Below, piece after piece: positions 19,681 to 31,127 of a stretch of 64,000 nt of DNA. The notes beneath the pieces are model-generated. The model saw only the letters and a list, made by a program, of their open reading frames with translations. It was not told the origin of the DNA and did no database searches. Every line of letters starts with the position of its first letter. Position 1 is the first letter of the stretch. The translations under genes and the position numbers were made by a program. The stretch spans positions 496,001 through 560,000 of the forward strand of contig JAUFOR010000001.1 in assembly GCA_040285745.1 (NCBI GenBank), read 5' to 3'. This stretch comes from Barthelona sp. PCE (lineage: Eukaryota).

Positions 19681-21423
19681 CTAATGATCAAATTCGTTTC
19701 CTTCCCCAACTATAACATACTCAGCATCACGAAGAAATCTCCTGATATCAATATGTGATGTTTCAAGCGACACTGAATTAGCATCATCTAAAGTTAGCTC
19801 TACAATTGAAAGTTGGAAATTATTAACTGTCAAATCAACAAAGACTGCCCTGTTTTTCTCACAATGACTGAGATGCAGAAGTTCTATATCAACTTCAACT
19901 GTTTTGCTGAGGTCATTCTCAAAAACATGTAAACAACGAGCATCCAGATCAAAAAGACAGCACTCATTCAGCCATACAGTGTTTCTCACTCCTTTCACAG
20001 TAAGTGGTATGGAGCTGTTGTCGTTGGAGTAAACAATAGCGCATTGGTCATTCGATGTTTCAACTGCAATCATTTCTTGTCTGTAAGGGTTAGCAACGGC
20101 AACTTCATAAGTCGCACGCATGTTATGCAATTCCACATTTCCTGTATTTGCTGATATGGTGGCAATTATATTGTTTTCAAAAACAATTGTTATCATGCTA
20201 TCTGAGACATGTTGGTTCTCAATACAGCCCTCAACTGCAACAGACCCGTTCACAATAAGCGCGTCCACTGGGTCATAAGAGGAAGAAATGGTTAAGTTCT
20301 CTGATGCCCAAATGAAAGAATCGCTGGGGCCAATAGACGATGTTGTAACCTCCCCATTGCACACGGTGAGCGAGTTTGTGCTGTTTCTTACTGCAGAAAA
20401 GGAGTTTGGCGTCACCCATCTCAAGTCCCAGTTATCTTCGACCAGAGCCACTCTGTTTCCAACTATATCAATAGCCAGCCACGGAGCTGTATCTAAAGTC
20501 ACCCAGCGGCACCCCTCCTTCCCAAGAACAAAAGAAATACCGATATTGCACGGATGAAGGCAGCATTTGCTCAGGACAGGTGCGTTCTTCCAATTTTCCT
20601 CCACAGGGAGCATTGTATATATGCCCTGGCCAGCTGCAATATGCGTGACAGAACCAGGAGTAAAGTATTTCCATGTTGATGGAAAAGTAATTGAAGTACG
20701 CTCTTTTTCTTCGATAACGGCAATCGTTGGCTGTCCATACATAATGAGCTTGTTGTCTGTGTCCAACGTAGACGCGACTATTTGATTAAGCTGATTTCTA
20801 AATGTTGCCTCCATAATGTTCCTACGTTCATTCACAAGAAAAAAGTATTTGTGTGAAATAAGGATCTGCAGCTCCCCATTTAGAACACCACATGTTTTCC
20901 AATAAGGCTTCTTGATCGATATATTCAAATCATTAAACACCAGATTGGCAAGATCAAAAGCATACACTGAATTTTTAATACCTTGTGTTTTATGAGCAAT
21001 GAGAATGTTGTCATGCGTGTATATACAGTTGACAATGTTATATCTGGGGTACTCCCCAATAACTTGATGGCTATCAACATCAAGCATCTCAACGCCTGAA
21101 TCAACTTTGTACATGATATACTTATGCCCTATGAAGTGGACGTCCGTGCCAGCGAGTCTTCGGTTGAGTGTGACTTCGCGGTCTATGATAAATGATTTGG
21201 TTGAATGATCAAAAACATAGTATGAAATATTGGGCCCCTTTTTTTGAGCGTACAAATGATTAAGAGATCTGTACATGCATTTCTGCAGACTAGAAATATC
21301 CATTTCTGCAGGAATAAGTTCCAGACTAAACATCTGAGCATTTAAGAATAATTCTTTAGTTTTTGCCCTTACTTCAAACAGGATATCCTGTTCACCCCCA
21401 ACAAAATTAACAGATGGCTTCAT
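19681..21423 (-). CDS. Hypothetical protein, ~600-aa divergent beta-rich family
   Basis: 580-aa ORF; ANPY...IRRFLRDAEY. Confidence 0.75.
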   Translation of the reverse strand: MKPSVNFVGGEQDILFEVRAKTKELFLNAQMFSLELIPAEMDISSLQKCMYRSLNHLYAQKKGPNISYYVFDHSTKSFIIDREVTLNRRLAGTDVHFIGHKYIMYKVDSGVEMLDVDSHQVIGEYPRYNIVNCIYTHDNILIAHKTQGIKNSVYAFDLANLVFNDLNISIKKPYWKTCGVLNGELQILISHKYFFLVNERRNIMEATFRNQLNQIVASTLDTDNKLIMYGQPTIAVIEEKERTSITFPSTWKYFTPGSVTHIAAGQGIYTMLPVEENWKNAPVLSKCCLHPCNIGISFVLGKEGCRWVTLDTAPWLAIDIVGNRVALVEDNWDLRWVTPNSFSAVRNSTNSLTVCNGEVTTSSIGPSDSFIWASENLTISSSYDPVDALIVNGSVAVEGCIENQHVSDSMITIVFENNIIATISANTGNVELHNMRATYEVAVANPYRQEMIAVETSNDQCAIVYSNDNSSIPLTVKGVRNTVWLNECCLFDLDARCLHVFENDLSKTVEVDIELLHLSHCEKNRAVFVDLTVNNFQLSIVELTLDDANSVSLETSHIDIRRFLRDAEYVIVGEGNEFDH

Positions 21424-21601
21424 AAATAATGTCTAAAAACAGAATAGAAGGAGGATAAATGATATTGCAGATAGAATGGCACATGTTCATGTTACAACAA
21501 AAGTTCCAGTTTCAGGGGATTGTACCCACAAAAATATCATTTTAAGGAGCTTTGTGAATTGTATAGTGTTTTTGGATTTTATACCATTCTTGTTGGGAAA
21601 C

Positions 21602-23563
21602 ATGCCTATAAAGCGGCAAAATGAAGGAATTTCGTTCTGTATGAGTCTTCCCCATGTGCAAATATTAGTAGAAAAGAGCTTTCTTTCTCTTATAGACTTT
21701 TCCACATCTTCAAACAGGGATAAAGATTTTTTAGAGGGTTCAACAGAGATTTTCTTTGAAAAACTGGGAAGAGTTGACATGCACATCCGCACTGCAGGTT
21801 TTTTGGATCCTGATATTTTATCTATCTGCGAGTATTCTGAAGATCAATATCATCTGAGATTAATTCGTATAGGCGACAAGGAGTTACATCATGTTGCACA
21901 CCACAAGTTTAATGTACCCTTCAGTTCAGAAGATGGATTTCTGGATTCGCCGATTGTGGCTGTATCAGAGGACACAGTAGTTTTCACCTGGTTCAGACAG
22001 CATGCGAGCTACACGTACTTCTTTAATGTCATTACTGAAGAAGTTGAGCGAATTGACAGGAAGAATTTGGTTTTTTGTAACTCTTCATACGCTCTCACAA
22101 ATAATGCTTTTTGTATTCAAAATAATAAGACCATGCTGCTCAACCTAAAGTCACACGCCGTAAACCCTGTTCCAATAGATCTGATTCCATTATGCATAAG
22201 TGCTGTTAACGTGGAGCTTGTCATGTGCGTTAATCAGAAGACATCTTTTTTGATTGATGGAAGCGGCAGCATAATGGACGTCCACAGGTATATCAAATGG
22301 GAAGACCTTTCTGGGCATGACATACATTCATTCCTGGTTCAACATCTTTCTCCATATGAGGGATGTTTTTATTTCTTCGGCAAGAGGATAACGTTGGTGA
22401 TGCAGTGGGAGAACGATAGTGAGGCGAATGTCACTCTCACATCCAATGTTGTTGACCAAATGCATATTCTTGAAAGAAGAGAAGAAGTGGATTTTTTGCA
22501 GAAAAATTTTAGTTTTTCTTTCAATTTTACACAGCGTGAGACGCCTGTGTTTGGGCTTATAAATGGAGCTTGGGGTTGGTTTATGCCCAGAGTAGAGCAA
22601 AATGTGTTGGCATTTATTGGTGATCTGAACGATTTTTCTGTTCACATGGGACAGATCCTATACGATACGCAGAAGCATGCAATCGCTCTAGACATAGAAA
22701 ACGAAAAGATACGGCTCATATCGTACGAAAGCCCGTTCAAATGCGAAAAGATGGATTGTAATTTGAATCTTTTGCTTAATAGGCGTGTAGCTGCGGGTTA
22801 TGATACAGGCAAGCATCGGTTTTACCAGGTCAAGTGCAATGAAGATGGTGCATTGGAGAGGTATACTGTTTTTGAAGAGATTGTAGGATATTTTCTTCGA
22901 AGTCACAAGGAAGATGGTTCAACTATTCATATATCCGATGGTCTTGATTCTATAATCGTTAACCGAGGGGATCCCATTGGCATAAGGCCGGGTTCCTATG
23001 CTATATGGCTTGATGATAGCGAGATGATAGCAATCATTGATGATAACGAGCATATCAGTATAATGAGGGTTGTAGATCGCTCTCGGTTAGAACTTGTGCA
23101 CCATATTGAGGAAAGCTTTGGAATCACAGCAGGTAAAGTATGTCCATGGAATGAAGATGTTATGAATTTAAGCAATCATTTTTCATCATGCGTATATAAC
23201 TTGCTAACGGGTGAGAAATGGGATATAAAGCCTGTTGAGTTTTTCATTAACGACCGTGTTGTCATCACTCGTAATGGGAAGATCATCCAGTTATCGGATA
23301 GTGGTGTTACAAGGGTAATTGGTGACGCGAGATCGATGATTGACATAAATAGATTCAGCATACAACGGTGCTATATTTCTGAGGAGAACGAAGTTTGTTA
23401 TTACCATTACAGCGAAGACACACAACAACTGGAACAGTTTAAGATTTGGTTGAGAACGATGGAGGGGAATTTGTTTGATGATTTTGTTTTTTTGGGGAAA
23501 GATTGCTATTCAGTGGATGAGTTTTTTACTTTTTCGGGAATACTTATGTTGTCAGTTGAGTAA
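21602..23563 (+). CDS. Hypothetical protein, ~600-aa divergent beta-rich family
   Basis: Long ORF (track start 21476; probable ATG at 21602, MPIKRQ). VCPW...FFIND...SVDEFF. Confidence 0.72.
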   Translation: MPIKRQNEGISFCMSLPHVQILVEKSFLSLIDFSTSSNRDKDFLEGSTEIFFEKLGRVDMHIRTAGFLDPDILSICEYSEDQYHLRLIRIGDKELHHVAHHKFNVPFSSEDGFLDSPIVAVSEDTVVFTWFRQHASYTYFFNVITEEVERIDRKNLVFCNSSYALTNNAFCIQNNKTMLLNLKSHAVNPVPIDLIPLCISAVNVELVMCVNQKTSFLIDGSGSIMDVHRYIKWEDLSGHDIHSFLVQHLSPYEGCFYFFGKRITLVMQWENDSEANVTLTSNVVDQMHILERREEVDFLQKNFSFSFNFTQRETPVFGLINGAWGWFMPRVEQNVLAFIGDLNDFSVHMGQILYDTQKHAIALDIENEKIRLISYESPFKCEKMDCNLNLLLNRRVAAGYDTGKHRFYQVKCNEDGALERYTVFEEIVGYFLRSHKEDGSTIHISDGLDSIIVNRGDPIGIRPGSYAIWLDDSEMIAIIDDNEHISIMRVVDRSRLELVHHIEESFGITAGKVCPWNEDVMNLSNHFSSCVYNLLTGEKWDIKPVEFFINDRVVITRNGKIIQLSDSGVTRVIGDARSMIDINRFSIQRCYISEENEVCYYHYSEDTQQLEQFKIWLRTMEGNLFDDFVFLGKDCYSVDEFFTFSGILMLSVE

Positions 23564-23854
23564 ATAGTTGAGTATATTAAGAAAACTAGACAACATGACT
23601 TCACGGTTACTGAGTGTTTTCTTTACATTAAATCATTTTTTGCAGCTGTAAAGATGCTTCTTTACTTTGTTGAGGAATTTGAACAGTTATAACTCAGATG
23701 AGGGGAAAAATGCTTCCAGTGAAATACAGGTTGTACCAAAAGAGCTTTTTTCTCATTTAAGGCAGTGATTAAGGTGTGTAAATATATATTATCCATTCGT
23801 ACAGTTGATAAAAATTTACAATTGTGTGTATTGTCATTCTTCAGCTTTTTTACA

Positions 23855-25330
23855 ATGCAAGATTTTTATTACGATGCATACAGCTATTTTTTCGATGATA
23901 TGGGGACTAAAGATAGTGAATCCGGACCTAGAACTAGCAAATTCTTACATATTTCCAGATCAGAAGTTCTACAGCTCTTTGATTCCATCAAAGATGCAAT
24001 GTTACCCTATGCAGACTCTTTAGATGAGCTCAAGGGAACGTTTATTGCACGATACACATATTTCCTACACGATTCTCCACGTAGTGAATTCATTAAGGAT
24101 TGGAAACTCTTTTGTGATTGTTACAAGGAGTTTGTTAACGCAGATCACATTGATCTCCCAGAGGGCATCACCATCAAGTCACACACAAAGGCCAGGAAGA
24201 TAACTATTTCACTGGATTCTGAACCTGAGAATAATAATATTGAAGAAGTGAAACCTGAAGAACTAGAGCCGGTTGAGATGGAGTCGGTCAGATATCCAAC
24301 CCCAGAACCAGCTCCAAAGGAGCAGACAATGCGAAAGCGAAGGGTAAGCGACCGCGAATGCGAACAGATGAGGGAAGGCTTGCCTTTCAAACACACATAT
24401 CGTCTTAATGAGAAAGTTCGTTTTCTACACAACAACACCATCAAGACAGGAAAGGTCGTTGAGGTATGCGATCAATCGTTACGTATTTCTGTGAGAAACA
24501 AGGTCTTTGACAAAGACCATCTTAGTTGCTTACCGTTTCAGTCTGTTGACGAGGATAGGCTGGTTGTTATCGGCGGCACTACGCTTATGAATCCTTTTCC
24601 GAAGGAGCTGAACAAATTCTGGTTTAAACGGTATTTTTTTTTCAAACGCTGGGATTTTGGCATTCAAGTTGATAAAACAGGTATGTATTCCGTCACTGCG
24701 GAGGACTGTGCTGTGTGCGTGAGCAGGATATGTCGCGTAATTGGTTACAACCGGGCTATCGACTGTTTTGCTGGTTCAGGGCAGAACTCAATTCAATTTG
24801 CACTAATGAAGATGAAAACTGTTGGTGTAGAGCTAGACTTCCTCAGATACAAGTGTGCTGTCCACAACGCAAAGATATATGAGGCCAAATGCCAACTGAG
24901 ATGGGGAAACACATTTGAAATTGTACCAACCTTAAAGATAAACAGCAAGACGATCATGCACATCGCCCCACCATGGGGAGGCGTCGGGTATTCGCGCGTT
25001 GATTTCACGTTGAACGATTTCGATTGTGACATAGAGCCGCTTATGGACATTGCGTTTGAGAATGGAGCTGGTGTGTTGTTGCAGGTTCCTCGTAGTTTTA
25101 CACTTGAAGGATATCCCATCCCGGACGGTTACACGCTGAAGGAGCAGATATTCTTCCTCGAGTCTAAAGTTTATGTTAAGTATTTTTGGATTCTTCCTGT
25201 TAAGAAGATGAAAAAGGCTCAGATTCGTACAGAACAGTTGCAATGTCCCACGAAGGACGACATCGATGTCCTTAACGCAGTGTTGCAGTTCGAGGGTGTT
25301 GAATCAGACACTACATGTGCCCTTTTATAG
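23855..25330 (+). CDS. TGS1: Trimethylguanosine synthase-like RNA cap methyltransferase
   Basis: GMYSVT, IDCFAGSGQNSIQFA and APPWGG motifs of TGS1 in the C-terminal half. ATG at 23855. Confidence 0.85.
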   Translation: MQDFYYDAYSYFFDDMGTKDSESGPRTSKFLHISRSEVLQLFDSIKDAMLPYADSLDELKGTFIARYTYFLHDSPRSEFIKDWKLFCDCYKEFVNADHIDLPEGITIKSHTKARKITISLDSEPENNNIEEVKPEELEPVEMESVRYPTPEPAPKEQTMRKRRVSDRECEQMREGLPFKHTYRLNEKVRFLHNNTIKTGKVVEVCDQSLRISVRNKVFDKDHLSCLPFQSVDEDRLVVIGGTTLMNPFPKELNKFWFKRYFFFKRWDFGIQVDKTGMYSVTAEDCAVCVSRICRVIGYNRAIDCFAGSGQNSIQFALMKMKTVGVELDFLRYKCAVHNAKIYEAKCQLRWGNTFEIVPTLKINSKTIMHIAPPWGGVGYSRVDFTLNDFDCDIEPLMDIAFENGAGVLLQVPRSFTLEGYPIPDGYTLKEQIFFLESKVYVKYFWILPVKKMKKAQIRTEQLQCPTKDDIDVLNAVLQFEGVESDTTCALL

Positions 25331-25507
25331 GTTGACAAATAAAAGCATCATTTTTGGCTCATTGTTTTTTTTTGTGTTTGCGAATGTGATATTTGCTTGG
25401 TAAGTTTATTTTTGAATCCCATACAAGCAAAATTTGTGGATGAAACTGTGTTTTCAGAAATTTTTCTGTTTTTTACTTCAATCTCCTTTTCTTCCTGGAA
25501 CTCATCA

Positions 25508-28500
25508 ATGAACTTGAGAATTTCAGATGCATTAGGGCAAAAGGTGCTGGGGCGGGGACCGATAGACTATCATTGGTCACCCAGAATGAATTATGCAGCC
25601 GTAAACTGTATGGGATCGAAGGTTCTGATCATTGACATCAACCTCAATGTTGTCGCATCCATCCGCCTCTCTAAAACACTCCTCTCGATTAAATGGAGCA
25701 ATAAGAGCGAGGCTGTCGCCATTGTTGATGAAGGCGCCACAACAGTAACTATAGTTGATATATTTAACAATCGCAAGATATACACGGTCAACACCCAGTT
25801 TAATTCGAGAGAAGTTGTTTCTTGTTTAGCTTGGAATAGGCATGGAGTTCTTGCAATTTGCGGTAACAAAGGTTCTGTATTTTTACATAATTTCGCTCTG
25901 AAACAGAACCAACTGTGTCCCAACGCCTCTACTAAGGGCATCCTAGAGGCCCAGTGGACGATAATAGAAGAGGAAGATTTCATAGTGATGATTGCACAAG
26001 ACGACAGCATTGTTGTTGTCGATCAATCTTGTGCAATCAGCAAGGTGTTCCCAGTGGGCACAGGTATGCGGCATCTTCGTGTTGTACGTACGCAACGTGC
26101 ATCTCTCGGCGAAACCACATGCTGCTGTATTCTCGATGATGGCGAGTTATTCCTGCTTAATTTACAGGGGACTAACGAGGCCCCATGGGAGCTCTCTTTC
26201 AGGGAGGCGTACGGCAGGCTTGTCTCATTCTGCTGGTTTGGAAATTCGTATTTATGTTTGAATTTCTCAAAAGGTTATGTTTCAATACTGTCAACCCATG
26301 AAGCAGAGGTCACGTCGGAGATCGCAGCACACCAGCTTGCAAAGACTGCAGCGAAGCAGGTATCATATTCTGAACGTGACGGTCTGCTGTGCGTGGCATA
26401 TAAGGAGAAGTATTTTTTTTTAAATACAAAAAAAAACTATCAAGTTTTTGCTGTTAATGATATCAGATCGTTCCGCACAGCCCTGAAGCAGCTCAAATCT
26501 AAGGATGCACTGCACAGGCAGATCGGGCCGAAGATTAACTTCTGGAGAACTGAGTTCCAGCAGGACGGAAAGTTCTTCACTGTTTCAAACAGCGATGGTA
26601 TGCTTGTTCTATTCACCAACAGAAGCTTTTCTCTCATTGCCAATTATTCATCATATTGGGCCCATCTAGTTACACAGAATCAGGTTAGAATTGTGAACTT
26701 GAGTATGTTGGAGGCTGATTCGCTCATTCCCAATCACACATTCCTTAAGATCCCGGACCACGAGTTCCCAGATGACGAGATTGCTAAAGAAAGCGTTATT
26801 GTTACACTTTCACACGAACCAACTATGATGGCTATGTCCGAGACGTTGCTGGTCACTTATAACAACGGACGTATCTTTGCATACATGCTGGATTTGTACA
26901 GCAGGAGCGAAGAGCAGGAGATCAACATGGTCATCGATAGAGAGGTGGTTGGAAATATTAAGAGTATACATGCGTACAACGATTGGGTTGGTGTTGTTAT
27001 GGTCGACTCCATCTTGTTGCTGAATGTCACAAACGAGGATGAGATATGGATTCCGGATATGGAAACTGGCGCTTCAATGTCTGAAGTTGTGTACTTTGAG
27101 TTTCAAGCGGGTATTGCGCTTTATGTAACGAAAACTGGATTTTTGTGTATGTACGCCCTCGAATCACGACTTCCCGTGGTCGAGTACCAGCACACGACTG
27201 GTATCAGATTGGCTGCGTTCAGGGACACACTAGGGTGTATATTCATTGACGAAGACGATAAACTTCATATGTTTGATGGACTCACATCGAACGTGACCAA
27301 CTCAGGCATTGTACCTTCCTCTGTCTCCCGTCTTTTTGTTGATAGTTATTTCCCTCAGCTTATAGCATTGTATTCCTCTAAAGATGCTGTTATATATCCG
27401 TATTTGTTCTCCCGCAATACCGTCACCAACGATCCTTTAATCTCCTTACACGAAACCAGAGTGATTGATGCTGACGAGATTACCAACTCGCTTTTGGATG
27501 TGCATACAGAAATATTCAGTGATGTAGCAAAGGCAATTTGGATGGAGGAGCCCGTAGAGGAGAAGATCCCTAATACACCCATTATGCTGTGTGGCTCCCG
27601 TTTTTACTTCTTACACGGTTCCAGGATTGTTTCCTTTAGCCATCCCGCATTTGACGGTGTTTTCGACATTATTAACCAGAGAGAGCCGCTTGAATCGATG
27701 CTTTTGACGCGAAGAAACGTCGGAGTACTCGATCAACAGTGGTTGGACGTACAATTCATGAAGTTACTGAACCTGAACTTTTTTAACTATGCGTTTGAGC
27801 TTTTAAGTTTTTATTCAGCACTAGTTGAAGAGAGCTGGTTCGATAAGCACCTCAAAAACGATTACGAATTCGAATACGTCAAGGATGAGCTGAAGCAGAA
27901 AGTGCGTTACTTCTATTTCTTGTTCGCTCTTCGCTGTCTGTTTTGTTTGGAGCTCAGGGACGCCCTAGTCGCGTTCACCATCATCGGTAACGCTTCTTTG
28001 GTGCAGCATTTGTCTGCAATCGACAATGTAGTGTCCGACTATCATCTTCTGAGAGGGTATGTATTTTGTTTGTTTAGTGAGCTCAGTTTGGGCCAGCAGG
28101 CGTTTATTTCGAGCAGCTGTCCGATGGAGGCACTAAATATGAGAATTGATATATGCGATTACAAGGCTGCAATAACACTGGCTAAATCCTTAAATCCTGA
28201 TTGGCTCCCATTCCTCAATAGAGAGTTAGCGCTCACGCTTGAGTTCGACGGTAAGTATCGCGAGGCTGCACAGTGCTACAAGCAGGGCCTCGACGCTCAG
28301 GCGACAGAGGAGGAGCGCAAGAACGTTCGTAGAGGAGAGATTAGATGCAATCTTCGGATTGGTAACTTGCATAAGTACGACGAGATCCTAGCGATGAAGG
28401 ATCCAGGTCTAAACGAGCAGTGTGGTCAGATCCTCGAGGATATGAGCCAGCACAAGGACGCTGCTACTTTTTATGTTCACACACAGAACAACCATTGCAT

Positions 28501-30034
28501 TAAGCGTGCTCTCGACATCCTACTGGAATATGGTGAGGTTGATCTCATCCGTGATCTGAATTTGTTCCAACGTTTCCCATCGTTTTTAACATCTATTTCC
28601 ATCGTAAACAAATACTGTGATCTTTTAATTGAGAAGAAGCAGTACCAGGCTGCGTACGATGCTTATTCGCTCATCAACGATTATGGCAAAATGGTTTCGT
28701 TACTCTTTAATGTTTTTAATCGTCCCGAAAGCGCATTCGAGTTAGTTCAGGCATCTCAGGACTTCGAAGCTGCCCGTACTGCAATTGAGTACTACCGCCG
28801 CAACTCTGACTATGAGAAAGCTATCATCTTCATGCTAATGGTGCGTCAGAAGTCGGAAGCGTTTGAGTTGGCAAAGACTCACGGGCTAATCGATATTTTT
28901 GTTGAGAACTTGTCTGAAGATCTGTCCCGCGAGGAGTATCTTGCCCTCGCTGAGCACTTTAAGTCGCAAGATAAGATAGTTGAGTGTGCAATGTTCACAA
29001 GGAAGGCTGGTGAGTATTTCTCAGCTCTCAGCATGTATCTTGCCAATGATATGGTCCCAGAGGCTATTGAGTTAGTTGCAGAAGTTGAAAACGAGTTCCT
29101 AACAAAGCAACTGTATGCATACTTGATTGGAAAGGAGGATGGTCAGCTCAAGAATCCAACTCACCTCTTCCACTTCTATTTGGCCCTGAATGACATCAAG
29201 TCCGCATTAGGTATGGCGACAAAGATATCTTCACACGGCCTGAGGAACGGAAACCCTCATCACTCGAAGGAGATTCTTGTGAGCTGCGTTTTGGCCTTGA
29301 ACCGTGCAAAGAATCAGACTTCCATTCCGGTAAGCATTTTCAACCAGCTCTTCTTTGTACATTTCACTTCGTGCATCGAGACAATTGAAACATTGCAGCA
29401 GATGGAAGACATGTCGAGCGTTCTCAAGAAGAGACTCGAGTTTGCTCTCGTTGTTGCCTGGCTTTCTTTTGTTGAGCACGAATCGTTCCACTTATTACCC
29501 GTCGTCGCTCAGCTCCGAGCAATGATCGAGACAGCAACCGTTTGTAATTCGATAGGTCTCAAGGAAGAGGCTTTTGAGTATGGTACCAAGGTACTGAATC
29601 ACCCAAGCCATAGCGAGCTCACACAGGCGGATATGACATCAGCTGCGCGTATTGTTCGTCGAGGAAGACGAAAGGGAAAGATCACGTTACCACCGCAGTT
29701 CTGCCCCTTCTGTAAGGCACAAAATGTTGCGTTCGCCACTGAATGTCACTCTTGTCTCTCATATATACCAAGATCGCTGGTTACAGGCTCCATAATTGGA
29801 TTTGAGGGCGTTAAGGTGTGCCCTCACTGTAACTGCGCAGGTGAAGCAGTGTTTATGGATCGAATGCTCATGCGAGAAGCCGCTTGTCCATTGTGTTCGG
29901 AGGATCTAAAGCCATCCGAGGCTCTGGACCTACAGGGAGAGGAGCTTGAGGAACACTTTACGAGGATATATGGTATTGTTGAGGAAGCAGAATTCTTTGA
30001 TGACTTTGACGATGAATTCGACGACGATTTTTAA
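25508..30034 (+). CDS. IFT144: Intraflagellar transport protein 144 (WDR19)
   Basis: N-terminal WD40 with LSFREAYGRLVSFCWFGNSYLCLNFSKG, resembling WDR19. TPR-like middle region and C-terminal CPFC/CHSC/CPHC/CPLC zinc motifs. Confidence 0.85.
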   Translation: MNLRISDALGQKVLGRGPIDYHWSPRMNYAAVNCMGSKVLIIDINLNVVASIRLSKTLLSIKWSNKSEAVAIVDEGATTVTIVDIFNNRKIYTVNTQFNSREVVSCLAWNRHGVLAICGNKGSVFLHNFALKQNQLCPNASTKGILEAQWTIIEEEDFIVMIAQDDSIVVVDQSCAISKVFPVGTGMRHLRVVRTQRASLGETTCCCILDDGELFLLNLQGTNEAPWELSFREAYGRLVSFCWFGNSYLCLNFSKGYVSILSTHEAEVTSEIAAHQLAKTAAKQVSYSERDGLLCVAYKEKYFFLNTKKNYQVFAVNDIRSFRTALKQLKSKDALHRQIGPKINFWRTEFQQDGKFFTVSNSDGMLVLFTNRSFSLIANYSSYWAHLVTQNQVRIVNLSMLEADSLIPNHTFLKIPDHEFPDDEIAKESVIVTLSHEPTMMAMSETLLVTYNNGRIFAYMLDLYSRSEEQEINMVIDREVVGNIKSIHAYNDWVGVVMVDSILLLNVTNEDEIWIPDMETGASMSEVVYFEFQAGIALYVTKTGFLCMYALESRLPVVEYQHTTGIRLAAFRDTLGCIFIDEDDKLHMFDGLTSNVTNSGIVPSSVSRLFVDSYFPQLIALYSSKDAVIYPYLFSRNTVTNDPLISLHETRVIDADEITNSLLDVHTEIFSDVAKAIWMEEPVEEKIPNTPIMLCGSRFYFLHGSRIVSFSHPAFDGVFDIINQREPLESMLLTRRNVGVLDQQWLDVQFMKLLNLNFFNYAFELLSFYSALVEESWFDKHLKNDYEFEYVKDELKQKVRYFYFLFALRCLFCLELRDALVAFTIIGNASLVQHLSAIDNVVSDYHLLRGYVFCLFSELSLGQQAFISSSCPMEALNMRIDICDYKAAITLAKSLNPDWLPFLNRELALTLEFDGKYREAAQCYKQGLDAQATEEERKNVRRGEIRCNLRIGNLHKYDEILAMKDPGLNEQCGQILEDMSQHKDAATFYVHTQNNHCIKRALDILLEYGEVDLIRDLNLFQRFPSFLTSISIVNKYCDLLIEKKQYQAAYDAYSLINDYGKMVSLLFNVFNRPESAFELVQASQDFEAARTAIEYYRRNSDYEKAIIFMLMVRQKSEAFELAKTHGLIDIFVENLSEDLSREEYLALAEHFKSQDKIVECAMFTRKAGEYFSALSMYLANDMVPEAIELVAEVENEFLTKQLYAYLIGKEDGQLKNPTHLFHFYLALNDIKSALGMATKISSHGLRNGNPHHSKEILVSCVLALNRAKNQTSIPVSIFNQLFFVHFTSCIETIETLQQMEDMSSVLKKRLEFALVVAWLSFVEHESFHLLPVVAQLRAMIETATVCNSIGLKEEAFEYGTKVLNHPSHSELTQADMTSAARIVRRGRRKGKITLPPQFCPFCKAQNVAFATECHSCLSYIPRSLVTGSIIGFEGVKVCPHCNCAGEAVFMDRMLMREAACPLCSEDLKPSEALDLQGEELEEHFTRIYGIVEEAEFFDDFDDEFDDDF

Positions 30035-30053
30035 TCTTATGATTGTAAATTTA

Positions 30054-30914
30054 CTATCTCTTACCAAATAACTGGGTATAGTACCACGTGTTGTCTTCAC
30101 AATAGGCTGATATCGAACATAAGTTATAATCTCCAACCATGTTCCTACGATGACCTGGAGACTTGATCCATCCATCTACAGCTGCTCTGCTAGGGTCGTC
30201 AAGGCCAGAGCAGAAAAATACGTTCTCTGCAAAACCCATACAACCGGGTGGGAACTTCTGGGTACGCTCTTGGAAATTTTTATGAGATATTGCCTTTTCC
30301 TTTGCCTGAAATATACTGTGCTCCATACCAGCATCAAACATTGTCTGATTCCACTTACAGGGTGGTAGATTCTGCGTTGCTCTGAACTCGTTTGTGTATT
30401 TAAGAGCATCCTTTCCCATCTTAATAATGTGCTGTGGCTGCATACTTTCATTACTCTTTTCCACAAATGCTTGTCCTTCACGTGATCTTTGCTCCATGTT
30501 ACTGAGTGTCAGTATGGGCTTGGGTCCCTTAGAGCGCTGCTTGTTCTTCATATTGTTTCTATACTGGCGAACCTGAGATGTTGGCGAATCGACTTTTCGT
30601 CTTCGCGGCTGTTTTTTCTGTTGTTCAGCCTTTTGACGCCGAGATTCAATGATCTCCTGGAGCTGTTGCTCCATTCGAGCCTGTGCATCAGCTTCAGTCT
30701 CCTTTCCAGCCTTGTAGCTATAACTGGTTTGATAAGCTGTTTCAACCGATGTTCTTGATTTTCCTGATGCGTAATGGACTGTTTTTGTAGTTGTAGTGGT
30801 TGTGACAGTCATACCATCCTTAGTTTCTGTTTCAATCTCGGTTTTTACGTCTTCGTTGATGATTTGATCGTTTTCATCATTTTTGCCCACATGAATTACC
30901 TGATCTGAGCCCAT
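30054..30914 (-). CDS. CAP/SCP domain protein
   Basis: TNEFR...EHS...ISH...AENV...AVDGWIKSPGHRRNM...YYTQLF. Confidence 0.88.
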   Translation of the reverse strand: MGSDQVIHVGKNDENDQIINEDVKTEIETETKDGMTVTTTTTTKTVHYASGKSRTSVETAYQTSYSYKAGKETEADAQARMEQQLQEIIESRRQKAEQQKKQPRRRKVDSPTSQVRQYRNNMKNKQRSKGPKPILTLSNMEQRSREGQAFVEKSNESMQPQHIIKMGKDALKYTNEFRATQNLPPCKWNQTMFDAGMEHSIFQAKEKAISHKNFQERTQKFPPGCMGFAENVFFCSGLDDPSRAAVDGWIKSPGHRRNMVGDYNLCSISAYCEDNTWYYTQLFGKR

Positions 30915-31127
30915 ATCTCCGATTTATACAAAATTTAGATGTGAAAAGAGGAGTAAAAGTGTTTCAATTTATGGAGGCCCAACCATCATGTAGGGCCTAT
31001 AACACACAGAAGTAGAACCCATGCTGATCTATACAGGGGTTGGGACCATGTCAGGAGGTCAATGTGATATGTGTGAGTGTTACAGCTTTCTTAACTTCTA
31101 TCACACTTTGCTGCTAAATCATACACT

